32,349 nt of DNA from a virus (Duplodnaviria; Heunggongvirae; Uroviricota; Caudoviricetes), in the IMG/VR virus record IMGVR_UViG_2917865565_000006, positions 1-32,349 of that record. The stretch is one strand, 5' to 3'. This document shows positions 8,607 to 17,702 of the stretch, piece by piece. A program made the position numbers and the translations under genes. The notes beneath the pieces are model-generated. The model was not told where the DNA came from. It made no database searches and saw nothing but the letters and a program-made list of their open reading frames with translations. How positions within the stretch are numbered: the first letter of the stretch is position 1; every line of letters begins with the position of its first letter.

Positions 8607-10574
8607 TGAAATCATATCTCAATATCAATAGTTTGATTCTTGTTGGCGTTCGTAAAAACTACGTCACTACTTTTTATAAAGGTCTCAATGTTATCTACGG
8701 AGACTCTGACACAGGTAAGTCAAGCATTCTGGAGTTTATTAATTATCTTTTAGGTGCTAGCTCTATAGATTTAGCAGATGAAATAAAAACATCAGTAAAC
8801 TATGCTGCTCTTGAAGTAGTGATCAATGATACTGTATTCACAATCGTAAGAGATATCTATGATCATAAAAAAGCAATAGAAGTTTATCGTTGTAAGTTTG
8901 ATGATTTACATAAACATTTTCCGAAAAAATACGCTCCTAATTATAGCCCCTTATCAAATGTTGATGGTGTTTTTTCGGAGTTTTTACTTGATAGTCTTAA
9001 TTTTCCAAAGATTGAAATTAAGGTGTCTCCTTCTAAAGCTCATTCACAGATGCGCAGGTTAAGTTTTAGAAATATATATAAATTTGTTTATGTAAGTCAG
9101 GATGATATTGGTAGTAAATCTTTCTTGCGATTGGGTGATTGGTCCCGCTACGCATTTACGAAAGAAGTTTTTAAATACATGTTCAATGTGTTGGATGAAA
9201 GCATCGCCAGACTCCAAGGTGAAATATCTGCAAAAAGTAGTTTAGTAACTGAATTAAATAAGAAGTATCAGATAATATCTGAATTTCTTCGCGATACAGA
9301 CTATGAAACAATTGAATCAATTGATGATGAGATTAATAGGATAGATCTTGTTTTAGAAGAACTTGTTGCAGGTTTGTCTGCTCTCGATAAAAATATGAAA
9401 GCGGATTCCATGCAGTATACAGAATTGAAAGATGCTCACAATTTTATTTCGCTTAAATACAAAGAGTGCATATTAAATATTAGTGCGCTTGAGGATAAGA
9501 TTGATAAATATTCGCGGTTAAAAAATGACTATGATAATGATATTGAAAAACTCAAAGCGATTAAAACAGCAAATTCTCGCATTGGTGTATTGGATAAGGA
9601 AGTATTTTCCTGTCCAATCTGTGATAGCCACATTAAAATAGATGATTCTGATTTTCCATTTGAAATTTCATCAGAAAAAGATCTTAATGAAGAGTTGAAT
9701 TCACTTAGTCGACGTAGACGAAATATTAATGACATGATCTCAGAAATGTCATTTAAATTAAAAAAAGAATCAGGTTATAAAAAAAGAATTAGATGAACGA
9801 CTTGACGAGTTGAGAGAGTTGATTGACGAAGAAAGCCAGTCAATGATTACACCATTCTTGACTCAGAGAGATTTTTATATTAAAGAGATATCAAAAAATG
9901 AGAAAGTTAGGGAGCAGTTAGTAAAAGATTTGAAGGTTAGAAACCAGCAAGAGGAACTGCTTGAAAAGTATCAGGTACTGAGAAAAGATATTGAAGCATT
10001 AACTGAACGCTTGGAGGCGTTAAAGAAAAACGCACCTAGCATGGAGGGCATTTTACAAGGTTTAGGTGATAGATTTAGTCAGTATTTGAAGGGTATTAAT
10101 ATCAAAAACAGAACGGGGATAAAAATCTCTGAAAGCTATTACATTCCTGTTATAAGAGAAAAAGAATATTTTAAAATAACGTCCGGAGGTTTGAGAACTA
10201 TTTCTTCTATTGGGTATCTTTTGTCTATTCTTGATTATGCAATAGATCATAATGTTAACCATCCTTTACTTTTGATATTTGATACGGTTGGCAAATATTT
10301 AGGGAAACAGACCAAGGAAAAATATTCAAAAGAAACTCTTGCAGTCGAGGATGACCTTGAGGGAATGTCAGATCCGATGAAGTATCAAAATATTTATGAA
10401 CAACTATTGAATACAGTTCAAAAAGCAGAAAGAAAAAATGTTCCGTGCCAGATTATATTAGTTGATAATGATTTGCCTAATTCGTTTTCTACTGGTGAAC
10501 TTTCGAATATTATCGCTCATTATAGCTCGGTTGGTGAGGACGGTTTGCCTTTAGGTTTAATTGATGACCTTTAA
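8603..10574 (+). CDS. Rad50/SMC-like ABC ATPase with coiled coil and CxxC zinc hook (about 657 aa if joined); frame broken once (pieces 8603-9796 and 9810-10574)
   Basis: N-terminal Walker A GDSDTGKSS, Q-loop-like VYVSQDD, long charged helical region, CPICDSH (9611-9631), then in the next ORF the signature-like TSGGLRTIS and Walker B LLLIFD; frame 0 is open from 9762 and joins if one A is removed from the A7 run 9779-9785. Confidence 0.65.
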
Positions 10575-10703
10575 TACTATACATGCATTTTTTTGAATTA
10601 GATTGCATGTGGATAATGAGTCTATTTAGTGAAGGGAGGGTTTTGTGAGACGAGACTTTCGATAAAAATGCAACCGCATTAAAACCGCCCCATGAAGCGG
10701 GCG

Positions 10704-10722
10704 GGCGAGGCGGGGAAAGCAC
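10704..10722. other. Candidate cos cohesive-end site (GGCGAGGCGGGGAAAGCAC) within a GC-rich packaging region
   Basis: 19-nt string matches the P2 cohesive-end sequence as I recall it; lies between the last rightward cargo gene and the minus-strand Q-P terminase/portal genes, where cos sits on the P2 map. Confidence 0.55.
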
Positions 10723-10863
10723 TGCGCGCTGGCGGTGGTGCTGATTTTATTTTTTCAGCGTCTGAGCGCGTCGTGACGGCGTTTAGATTGTGCGCCGGGG
10801 CGTTGGGTGTCTGCGGGCTGTTTTGTGCGGTGGTGAGCGTGTGAGGGCGTGATGGCGGGTTGT

Positions 10864-10885
10864 AAAAAAGCCGCCCGCAGGCGGC
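10864..10885 (-). terminator. Rho-independent terminator downstream of Q (minus strand)
   Basis: On the minus strand GCCGCC-TGCG-GGCGGC hairpin followed by T6, starting about 5 nt after the Q stop codon. Confidence 0.7.
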
Positions 10886-10890
10886 GATGT

Positions 10891-11880
10891 TCAGCCGTTG
10901 TCAGTGTCCAGTGAGTAGTTTTTAAAGCGGATGACCTCCTGACTGAGCCAGCCGTTTATTTCCCGAATCCTGTCCTGTAACGGGATAAGCTCATTGCGGA
11001 CAAAGACCTTTGCCACTTTCTCAATATCACCCAGCGACCCGACGTTCTCCGGCTTGCCCCCCATCAACTGAAAGGGGATGCGGTGCGCGTCCAGCAGGTC
11101 AGCGGCGCTGGCTTTTTTGATATTAAAAAAATCGTCCTTCGTTGCCACTTCACTGAGCGGGATAATTTTAATGCCGTCGGCTTTCCCCTGTGGGGCATAG
11201 AGAAACAGATTTTTAAAGTTATTGCGGCCTTTCGACTTAACCATGTTTTCGCGAAGCATTTCGATATCGTTGCGATCCTGCACGGCATCGGTGACGTACA
11301 TGATGTATCCGGCATGTGCGCCGTTTTCGTAATACTTGCGGCGGAACAGCGTGGCCGACTCATTCAGCCAGGCAGAGTTAAGGGCGCTGAGATATTCCGG
11401 CAGGCCGTACAGCTCCTGATTAATATCCGGCTCCAGCAGGTGAAACACTGAGCCGGGCGTGAAAGGTGTCGGCTCGTTGAAGGACGGCACCCACCAGTAA
11501 ACATCCTCCTCCACACCACGGCGGGTATATTTTGCCGGTGAGGTTTCCAGTCTGATGACCTTACCGGTGGTGCTGTATCGCTTTTCCAGAAACGCATTAC
11601 CGAACACCAGAAAATCCAGCACAAAGCGGCTGAAATCCTGTTGCGAAAGCCACGGATGCGGGATAAATGTCGAGGCCAGAATATTACGTTTGACGTAAAT
11701 CGGTGAGCTGTGATGCACGGCAGCACGCAGGCTTTTTGCCAGACCGGTAAAGCTGACCGGTGGCTCATACCATCTGCCGTTACTGATGCACTCGACGTAA
11801 TCCAGAATGTCACGGCGGTCGAGTACCGGCACCGGCTCACCAAAGGTGAATGCCTCCATTTTCGGGGCGCTGGCGGTCAT
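10891..11880 (-). CDS. Q: Portal protein gpQ (329 aa as called; P2 Q is about 344 aa from memory)
   Basis: Minus-strand ORF adjacent to cos and upstream of the large terminase, as in P2; N-terminus may be mis-called (see finding on the T8 run at 11881-11888). Confidence 0.85.
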   Translation of the reverse strand: MTASAPKMEAFTFGEPVPVLDRRDILDYVECISNGRWYEPPVSFTGLAKSLRAAVHHSSPIYVKRNILASTFIPHPWLSQQDFSRFVLDFLVFGNAFLEKRYSTTGKVIRLETSPAKYTRRGVEEDVYWWVPSFNEPTPFTPGSVFHLLEPDINQELYGLPEYLSALNSAWLNESATLFRRKYYENGAHAGYIMYVTDAVQDRNDIEMLRENMVKSKGRNNFKNLFLYAPQGKADGIKIIPLSEVATKDDFFNIKKASAADLLDAHRIPFQLMGGKPENVGSLGDIEKVAKVFVRNELIPLQDRIREINGWLSQEVIRFKNYSLDTDNG

Positions 11881-11925
11881 TTTTTTTTGCCGCAGGTCGC
11901 GGTGTTTTCCCTTTTTTCTTGCTCA

Positions 11926-13698
11926 TCAGTAAAACTCCAGAATGGTGGATGTCAGCGGGGTGCTGATACCGGCAGTGAGTGGCTCATTTAACAGGGCGTG
12001 CATGGTCGCCCAGGCGAGGTCGGCGTGGCTGGCTTCCTCGCTGCGGCTGGCCTCATAGGTGGCGCTGCGTCCGCTGCTGGTCATGGTCTTGCGGATAGCC
12101 ATAAACGAGCTGGTGATGTCGGTGGCGCTGACGTCATATTCCAGACAGCCACGACGGATAACGTCTTTTGCCTTGAGCACCATTGCGGTTTTCATTTCCG
12201 GCGTGTAGCGGATGTCGCGCGCGGCGGGATAGAACGAGCGCACGAGCTGGAACACGCCGACACCGAGGCCGGTGGCATCAATACCGATGTATTCGACGTT
12301 ATATTTTTCGGTGAGTTTGCGGATGGATTCCGCCTGGGTGGCAAAGTCCATGCCTTTCCACTGATGGCGCTCAAGTATTCTGAATTTGCCACCGGCCACC
12401 ACCGGCGGTGCCAGCACCACGCATCCGGCACTGTCGCCACGGTGTGACGGGTCGTAACCAATCCATACCGGGCGGGAGCCGAACGGATTCGCGGCAAACG
12501 GCGCATAGTCTTCCCATTCTTCCAGCGTGTCGACCATGCAGCGTTGCAGCTCCTCGAACGGGAATACCGACGCCTTGTCGTCAACAAATTCACACATGAA
12601 CAGGTTTTTAAAATCGTCGGCGCTGTTTTCACGTTTGAGCTGCTCAATGTCGAACAGCGTGCAGCCACCTTTCAGGGCGTCCTCAATGGTGACAATCTGC
12701 CGCCACTGGCCGTCCGCACAGAGAAGACCTCCGGCAAGGGCGTTATGACTGACGTCGATTTCCACGCGTTCGGCGGCGCTGGCGCGTCCCCGGTTGAACA
12801 GTTCACCCGACCAGAACGGGTAGGCGTCGTGCGCCAGCGTGGACGGGGTGGAGAAATAGGTCGAGCGCAGGTGACTCTGTGAGGCCATACCTGATGCCAC
12901 CTTACGCAGTACCTGAAAATTCGGGATCCAGAAAATCTCGTCGACGTACAGGTCGCCGTTATGGCTCTGTGCGGTGTTGGAGTTGGTGCCGAGAAAAATC
13001 AGTTTTGCGCCGTTATTGCCCAGGACAATCGGGTCACCGGTCAGGTCAACGTCAACCAGCCGGGCAAAGGCGATGATGTATTCACGGAACACATACGCCT
13101 GCGTTTTACTGGCCGACAGAAAAATCTGGTTATGACCGGTTTTCAGGGCGCGCAGCAGCGCCTCGCGGGAAAAATAAAACGTCGCGCCAATCTGGCGGGA
13201 TTTCAGGATATCGCGGATGCGGTGCTCAAGCCCGGCACGATACCAGTGCAACTGATAGTCGAAAGACTGCTCAAAGAAAATCTGCTCCAGCTTTTCGATG
13301 GCCTCGTCACTGAAAAAATTCTTTTTCGGTTTGCGCCGTCCGCCTTTGTTGCGGTTAGCGACGTTCGGATTAAGGTCTGCCTCGTTGCCGGTCTGACTGT
13401 AGCGGTTGACCCGTGCCAGTCGTTCAATCTGGCGTCCGAGCAGGTCAATTTCCTTGAAGTCACCACCGGTTTTCTGCGGTTTGATGATGAGCTGGGTCAG
13501 CCGCGCTTCCAGACTCATTTCGACACGGCTGATGGGGGCAACGCTGTCCCAGCCGTCGCGTTGTTTCCAGCTCTGCACCGTCGGGCGTTTCATCTGCAAC
13601 ATGGCGGCAATCTGCGGTACGGAAAACCCCTGCCAGTACAGCAGCGCCGCCTGACGACGCGGGTCGTGTAAAAGAGTGGTGTCTGTGGTGATGGTCAT
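11926..13698 (-). CDS. P: Terminase large (ATPase) subunit gpP, 590 aa from ATG at 13698
   Basis: Minus-strand ORF next to Q; start at MTITTDTT with GAGGT RBS gives 590 aa, equal to P2 P as I recall; N-terminal HTH-like region. Confidence 0.9.
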   Translation of the reverse strand: MTITTDTTLLHDPRRQAALLYWQGFSVPQIAAMLQMKRPTVQSWKQRDGWDSVAPISRVEMSLEARLTQLIIKPQKTGGDFKEIDLLGRQIERLARVNRYSQTGNEADLNPNVANRNKGGRRKPKKNFFSDEAIEKLEQIFFEQSFDYQLHWYRAGLEHRIRDILKSRQIGATFYFSREALLRALKTGHNQIFLSASKTQAYVFREYIIAFARLVDVDLTGDPIVLGNNGAKLIFLGTNSNTAQSHNGDLYVDEIFWIPNFQVLRKVASGMASQSHLRSTYFSTPSTLAHDAYPFWSGELFNRGRASAAERVEIDVSHNALAGGLLCADGQWRQIVTIEDALKGGCTLFDIEQLKRENSADDFKNLFMCEFVDDKASVFPFEELQRCMVDTLEEWEDYAPFAANPFGSRPVWIGYDPSHRGDSAGCVVLAPPVVAGGKFRILERHQWKGMDFATQAESIRKLTEKYNVEYIGIDATGLGVGVFQLVRSFYPAARDIRYTPEMKTAMVLKAKDVIRRGCLEYDVSATDITSSFMAIRKTMTSSGRSATYEASRSEEASHADLAWATMHALLNEPLTAGISTPLTSTILEFY

Positions 13699-13871
13699 GA
13701 ATACCTCGCCGTGATGAATACACGGCAAGGCTACTGAGTCGCGCCCCGCGATTCGCTAAGGTGCTGTTGTGTCAGTGATAAGCCATCCGGGACTGATGGC
13801 GGAGGATGCGTATCGTCGGGAAACTGATGCCGACATGTGACTCCTCTAATCACTATTCAGGACTCCTGACA

Positions 13872-14726
13872 ATGGCAAAAAAAGTCTCAAAATTCTTTCG
13901 TATCGGCGTTGAGGGTGACACCTGTGACGGGCGTGTCATCAGTGCGCAGGATATTCAGGAAATGGCCGAAACCTTTGACCCGCGTGTCTATGGTTGCCGC
14001 ATTAACCTGGAACATCTGCGCGGCATCCTGCCTGACGGTATTTTTAAACGTTATGGCGATGTGGCCGAACTGAAGGCCGAAAAGATTGATGACGATTCGG
14101 CGCTGAAAGGCAAATGGGCGCTGTTTGCGAAAATCACCCCGACCGATGACCTTATCGCGATGAACAAGGCCGCGCAGAAGGTCTACACCTCAATGGAAAT
14201 TCAGCCGAACTTTGCCAATACCGGCAAATGTTATCTGGTGGGTCTGGCCGTCACCGATGACCCGGCGAGCCTCGGCACGGAATACCTGGAATTCTGCCGC
14301 ACGGCAAAACACAACCCTCTGAACCGCTTCAAATTAAGCCCTGAAAACCTGATTTCAGTGGCAACGCCCGTTGAGCTGGAATTTGAAGACCTGCCTGAAA
14401 CCGTGTTCACCGCCCTGACCGAAAAGGTGAAATCCATTTTTGGCCGCAAACAGGCCAGCGATGACGCCCGTCTGAATGACGTGCATGAAGCGGTGACCGC
14501 TGTTGCTGAACATGTGCAGGAAAAACTGAGCGCCACTGAGCAGCGCCTCGCAGAGATGGAAACCGCCTTTTCCGCACTTAAGCAGGAGGTGACTGACAGG
14601 ACGGATGAAACCAGTCAGGCATTCACCCGCCTGAAAAACAGTCTCGACCACACCGAAAGTCTGACCCAGCAGCGCCGCAGCAAGGCCACCGGCGGTGGCG
14701 GTGACGCCCTGATGACGAACTGCTGA
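13872..14726 (+). CDS. O: Capsid scaffolding protein gpO (284 aa)
   Basis: First gene of the rightward late operon, divergent from P; start at MAKKVSKFF gives 284 aa as in P2 O. Confidence 0.9.
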   Translation: MAKKVSKFFRIGVEGDTCDGRVISAQDIQEMAETFDPRVYGCRINLEHLRGILPDGIFKRYGDVAELKAEKIDDDSALKGKWALFAKITPTDDLIAMNKAAQKVYTSMEIQPNFANTGKCYLVGLAVTDDPASLGTEYLEFCRTAKHNPLNRFKLSPENLISVATPVELEFEDLPETVFTALTEKVKSIFGRKQASDDARLNDVHEAVTAVAEHVQEKLSATEQRLAEMETAFSALKQEVTDRTDETSQAFTRLKNSLDHTESLTQQRRSKATGGGGDALMTNC

Positions 14727-14784
14727 CTGGCGTCAGTCAGTCCGGGAAAACCTTCACGATTAACCCTTAATTTCAGGAAAAACT

Positions 14785-15858
14785 ATGCGCCAGGAAACCC
14801 GCTTTAAATTTAATGCCTACCTGTCCCGTGTTGCCGAACTGAACGGCATCGACGCCGGTGATGTGTCGAAAAAATTCACCGTTGAACCGTCGGTCACCCA
14901 GACCCTGATGAACACCATGCAGGAGTCCTCTGATTTTCTGACCCGCATCAACATTGTGCCGGTCAGCGAAATGAAAGGGGAAAAAATTGGTATCGGTGTC
15001 ACCGGCTCCATCGCCAGCACCACCGACACCGCCGGTGGCACCGAGCGTCAGCCGAAGGACTTCTCGAAGCTGGCGTCTAACAAGTACGAATGCGACCAGA
15101 TTAACTTCGATTTTTATATCCGCTACAAAACGCTTGACCTGTGGGCGCGTTATCAGGATTTCCAGCTCCGTATCCGTAACGCCATTATCAAACGCCAGTC
15201 CCTTGATTTCATCATGGCCGGTTTTAACGGCGTGAAGCGTGCCGAAACCTCTGACCGCAGCAGCAATCCGATGCTGCAGGATGTGGCGGTCGGCTGGCTG
15301 CAGAAATACCGCAATGAAGCCCCGGCGCGCGTGATGAGCAAGGTCACTGACGAGGAAGGCCGCACCACCTCTGAGGTTATCCGCGTGGGTAAGGGCGGTG
15401 ATTATGCCAGCCTTGATGCACTGGTGATGGATGCGACCAACAACCTGATTGAACCGTGGTATCAGGAAGACCCTGATCTTGTGGTGATTGTGGGACGTCA
15501 GCTACTGGCGGACAAGTATTTCCCCATCGTTAACAAGGAGCAGGACAACAGCGAAATGCTGGCCGCTGACGTCATCATCAGCCAGAAACGCATCGGTAAC
15601 CTGCCGGCGGTACGCGTCCCGTACTTCCCGGCGGATGCGATGCTCATCACGAAGCTGGAAAACCTGTCCATCTACTACATGGATGACAGCCATCGCCGCG
15701 TGATTGAGGAAAACCCGAAACTCGACCGCGTGGAGAACTACGAGTCAATGAACATTGATTACGTGGTGGAAGACTACGCCGCCGGTTGTCTGGTGGAAAA
15801 AATTAAGGTCGGTGATTTCTCCACACCGGCTAAGGCGACCGCAGAGCCGGGAGCGTAA
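14785..15858 (+). CDS. N: Major capsid protein gpN (357 aa)
   Basis: Position after O and length equal to P2 N. Confidence 0.9.
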   Translation: MRQETRFKFNAYLSRVAELNGIDAGDVSKKFTVEPSVTQTLMNTMQESSDFLTRINIVPVSEMKGEKIGIGVTGSIASTTDTAGGTERQPKDFSKLASNKYECDQINFDFYIRYKTLDLWARYQDFQLRIRNAIIKRQSLDFIMAGFNGVKRAETSDRSSNPMLQDVAVGWLQKYRNEAPARVMSKVTDEEGRTTSEVIRVGKGGDYASLDALVMDATNNLIEPWYQEDPDLVVIVGRQLLADKYFPIVNKEQDNSEMLAADVIISQKRIGNLPAVRVPYFPADAMLITKLENLSIYYMDDSHRRVIEENPKLDRVENYESMNIDYVVEDYAAGCLVEKIKVGDFSTPAKATAEPGA

Positions 15859-15861
15859 CCG

Positions 15862-16605
15862 ATGACGAGTCCCGCACAGCGCCACATGATGCGGGTCTCG
15901 GCAGCGATGACCGCGCAGCGGGAAGCCGCCCCGCTGCGACATGCAACTGTCTATGAGCAGATGCTGGTTAAGCTCGCCGCAGACCAGCGCACACTGAAAG
16001 CGATTTATTCAAAAGAGCTGAAGGCCGCGAAAAAACGCGAACTGCTGCCGTTCTGGTTGCCGTGGGTGAACGGCGTGCTGGAGCAGGGCAAAGGTGCACA
16101 GGATGACATTCTGATGACAGTCATGCTGTGGCGTCTGGATACCGGCGATATTGCCGGTGCGCTGGAGATTGCCCGTTATGCCCTGAAGTACGGCCTGACC
16201 ATGCCGGGTAAACACCGCCGCACCCCGCCGTACATGTTCACCGAGGAGGTGGCGCTCGCGGCCATGCGCGCCCACGCTGCCGGTGAGTCTGTGGATCCCC
16301 GCCTGCTGACGGACACCCTCGAACTGACCGCCATGGCTGACATGCCTGATGAAGTGCGCGCAAAGCTGCATAAAATCACCGGTCTGTTTCTGCGTGACGG
16401 TGGTGATGCCGCCGGTGCGCTGGCGCACCTGCAACGTGCGACACAGCTCGACTGTCAGGCCGGCGTCAAAAAAGAGATTGAACGACTGGAGCGGGAGCTG
16501 AAACCGAAGCCGGATCCGCAGCCCAAAGCAGCGCCCCGCGCCCCGCGTAAGACCCGGAGCGTGACACCGGCAAAACGTGGACGCCCGAAAAAGAAAGCCA
16601 GTTAA
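15862..16605 (+). CDS. M: Terminase small (endonuclease) subunit gpM (247 aa)
   Basis: Position after N; length equals P2 M; basic proline/lysine-rich C-terminus. Confidence 0.85.
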   Translation: MTSPAQRHMMRVSAAMTAQREAAPLRHATVYEQMLVKLAADQRTLKAIYSKELKAAKKRELLPFWLPWVNGVLEQGKGAQDDILMTVMLWRLDTGDIAGALEIARYALKYGLTMPGKHRRTPPYMFTEEVALAAMRAHAAGESVDPRLLTDTLELTAMADMPDEVRAKLHKITGLFLRDGGDAAGALAHLQRATQLDCQAGVKKEIERLERELKPKPDPQPKAAPRAPRKTRSVTPAKRGRPKKKAS

Positions 16606-16704
16606 CAACCGAATGCGCCCCGCGCCAGGGCGGCACGCCGGTCAGTGAGGGTGAATCACCTGACGCTGTACCGGCGTCCACCGCCCGACTTTTCAGAGGT
16701 AGTC

Positions 16705-17214
16705 ATGATGACGCTGATTATTCCGCGAAAGGAGGCTCCCGTGTCCGGTGAGGGTACGGTGGTCATCCCGCAACCGGCAGGCGACGAGCCGGTGATTAAA
16801 AACACGTTCTTTTTTCCCGATATCGACCCGAAGCGCGTCCGGGAACGTATGCGCCTTGAGCAGACCGTCGCCCCCGCCCGTCTGCGTGAGGCCATCAAGT
16901 CAGGCATGGCGGAGACCAATGCGGAGCTGTACGAGTACCGCGAACAGAAAATTGCCGCCGGTTTTACGCGTCTGGCGGACGTCCCGGCGGACGACATCGA
17001 CGGTGAAAACATCAAAGTTTTTTACTACGAGCGCGCCGTGTGTGCGATGGCGACCGCGTCGCTTTATGAGCGTTATCGTGGCGTGGATGCCAGTGCGAAA
17101 GGCGACAAGAAGGTTGACAGCATTGACAGCACCATTGATGAGCTGTGGCGGGATATGCGCTGGGCAGTGGCGCGCATCCAGGACAAGCCGCGCTGCATCG
17201 TGAGTCAAATCTGA
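16705..17214 (+). CDS. L: Head completion/stabilisation protein gpL (169 aa from ATG 16705)
   Basis: AGAGG RBS before ATG 16705; that start gives 169 aa as in P2 L; the ORF-track start at 16645 is an in-frame extension. Confidence 0.85.
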   Translation: MMTLIIPRKEAPVSGEGTVVIPQPAGDEPVIKNTFFFPDIDPKRVRERMRLEQTVAPARLREAIKSGMAETNAELYEYREQKIAAGFTRLADVPADDIDGENIKVFYYERAVCAMATASLYERYRGVDASAKGDKKVDSIDSTIDELWRDMRWAVARIQDKPRCIVSQI

Positions 17215-17417
17215 TGAAGACCTTTGCGCTACAGGGCGACACGCTCGACGCCATTTGTGTCCGGTATTACGGGCGCACTGAGGGCGTGGTCGAGACTGTG
17301 CTCGCCGCAAATCCGGGACTGGCTGAACTGGGTGCGGTGCTGCCGCACGGCACCGCCGTCGAACTGCCCGACGTTCAGACCGCGCCCGTGGCTGAAACTG
17401 TCAATCTGTGGGAGTAA
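17214..17417 (+). CDS. X: Tail protein X (67 aa)
   Basis: ATG at 17214 overlaps the L stop (ATGA-type overlap); 67 aa as in P2 X. Confidence 0.8.
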   Translation: MKTFALQGDTLDAICVRYYGRTEGVVETVLAANPGLAELGAVLPHGTAVELPDVQTAPVAETVNLWE

Positions 17418-17420
17418 CGC

Positions 17421-17702
17421 ATGACAGCAGAAGAAAAAAGCGTCCTGTCGCTTTTCATGATTGGGGTGCTGATTGTTGTCGGCAAGGTGCTTGCCGGTGG
17501 CGAACCCATCACCCCGCGTCTGTTTATCGGGCGCATGTTGCTCGGTGGTTTTGTCTCGATGGTTGCCGGTGTTGTTCTGGTGCAGTTTCCTGACCTGTCA
17601 CTGCCTGCGGTGTGCGGCATCGGCTCCATGCTGGGTATCGCCGGTTATCAGGTGATTGAGATAGCCATTCAGCGCCGCTTTAAGGGCAGGGGGAAACCGT
17701 AA
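17421..17702 (+). CDS. Y: Holin gpY (93 aa)
   Basis: Hydrophobic protein with predicted transmembrane segments immediately upstream of the endolysin; length equals P2 Y. Confidence 0.85.
   Translation: MTAEEKSVLSLFMIGVLIVVGKVLAGGEPITPRLFIGRMLLGGFVSMVAGVVLVQFPDLSLPAVCGIGSMLGIAGYQVIEIAIQRRFKGRGKP

Noticed and set aside
10685-10706. CCGCCC-catgaagc-GGGCGG hairpin next to the cos 19-mer as a terminator
   Set aside because: Not followed by a T tract on either strand and lies within the GC-rich packaging region, so more likely part of the terminase recognition sequence than a terminator.
11064-13723. Numerous plus-strand and alternate-frame ORFs (for example 11083-11451, 11998-12447, 12961-13671) overlapping the Q and P genes
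   Set aside because: They lie inside well-supported minus-strand portal/terminase genes in GC-rich DNA, where long spurious ORFs are expected; none has an RBS or a recognisable motif.
14231-17629. Antisense and alternate-frame ORFs across the late morphogenesis genes (for example 14355-14651, 16009-16608, 16656-17015, 16900-17310)
   Set aside because: Same reasoning: GC-rich coding sequence produces open frames on both strands; the sense-strand genes match the P2 map in order and length.
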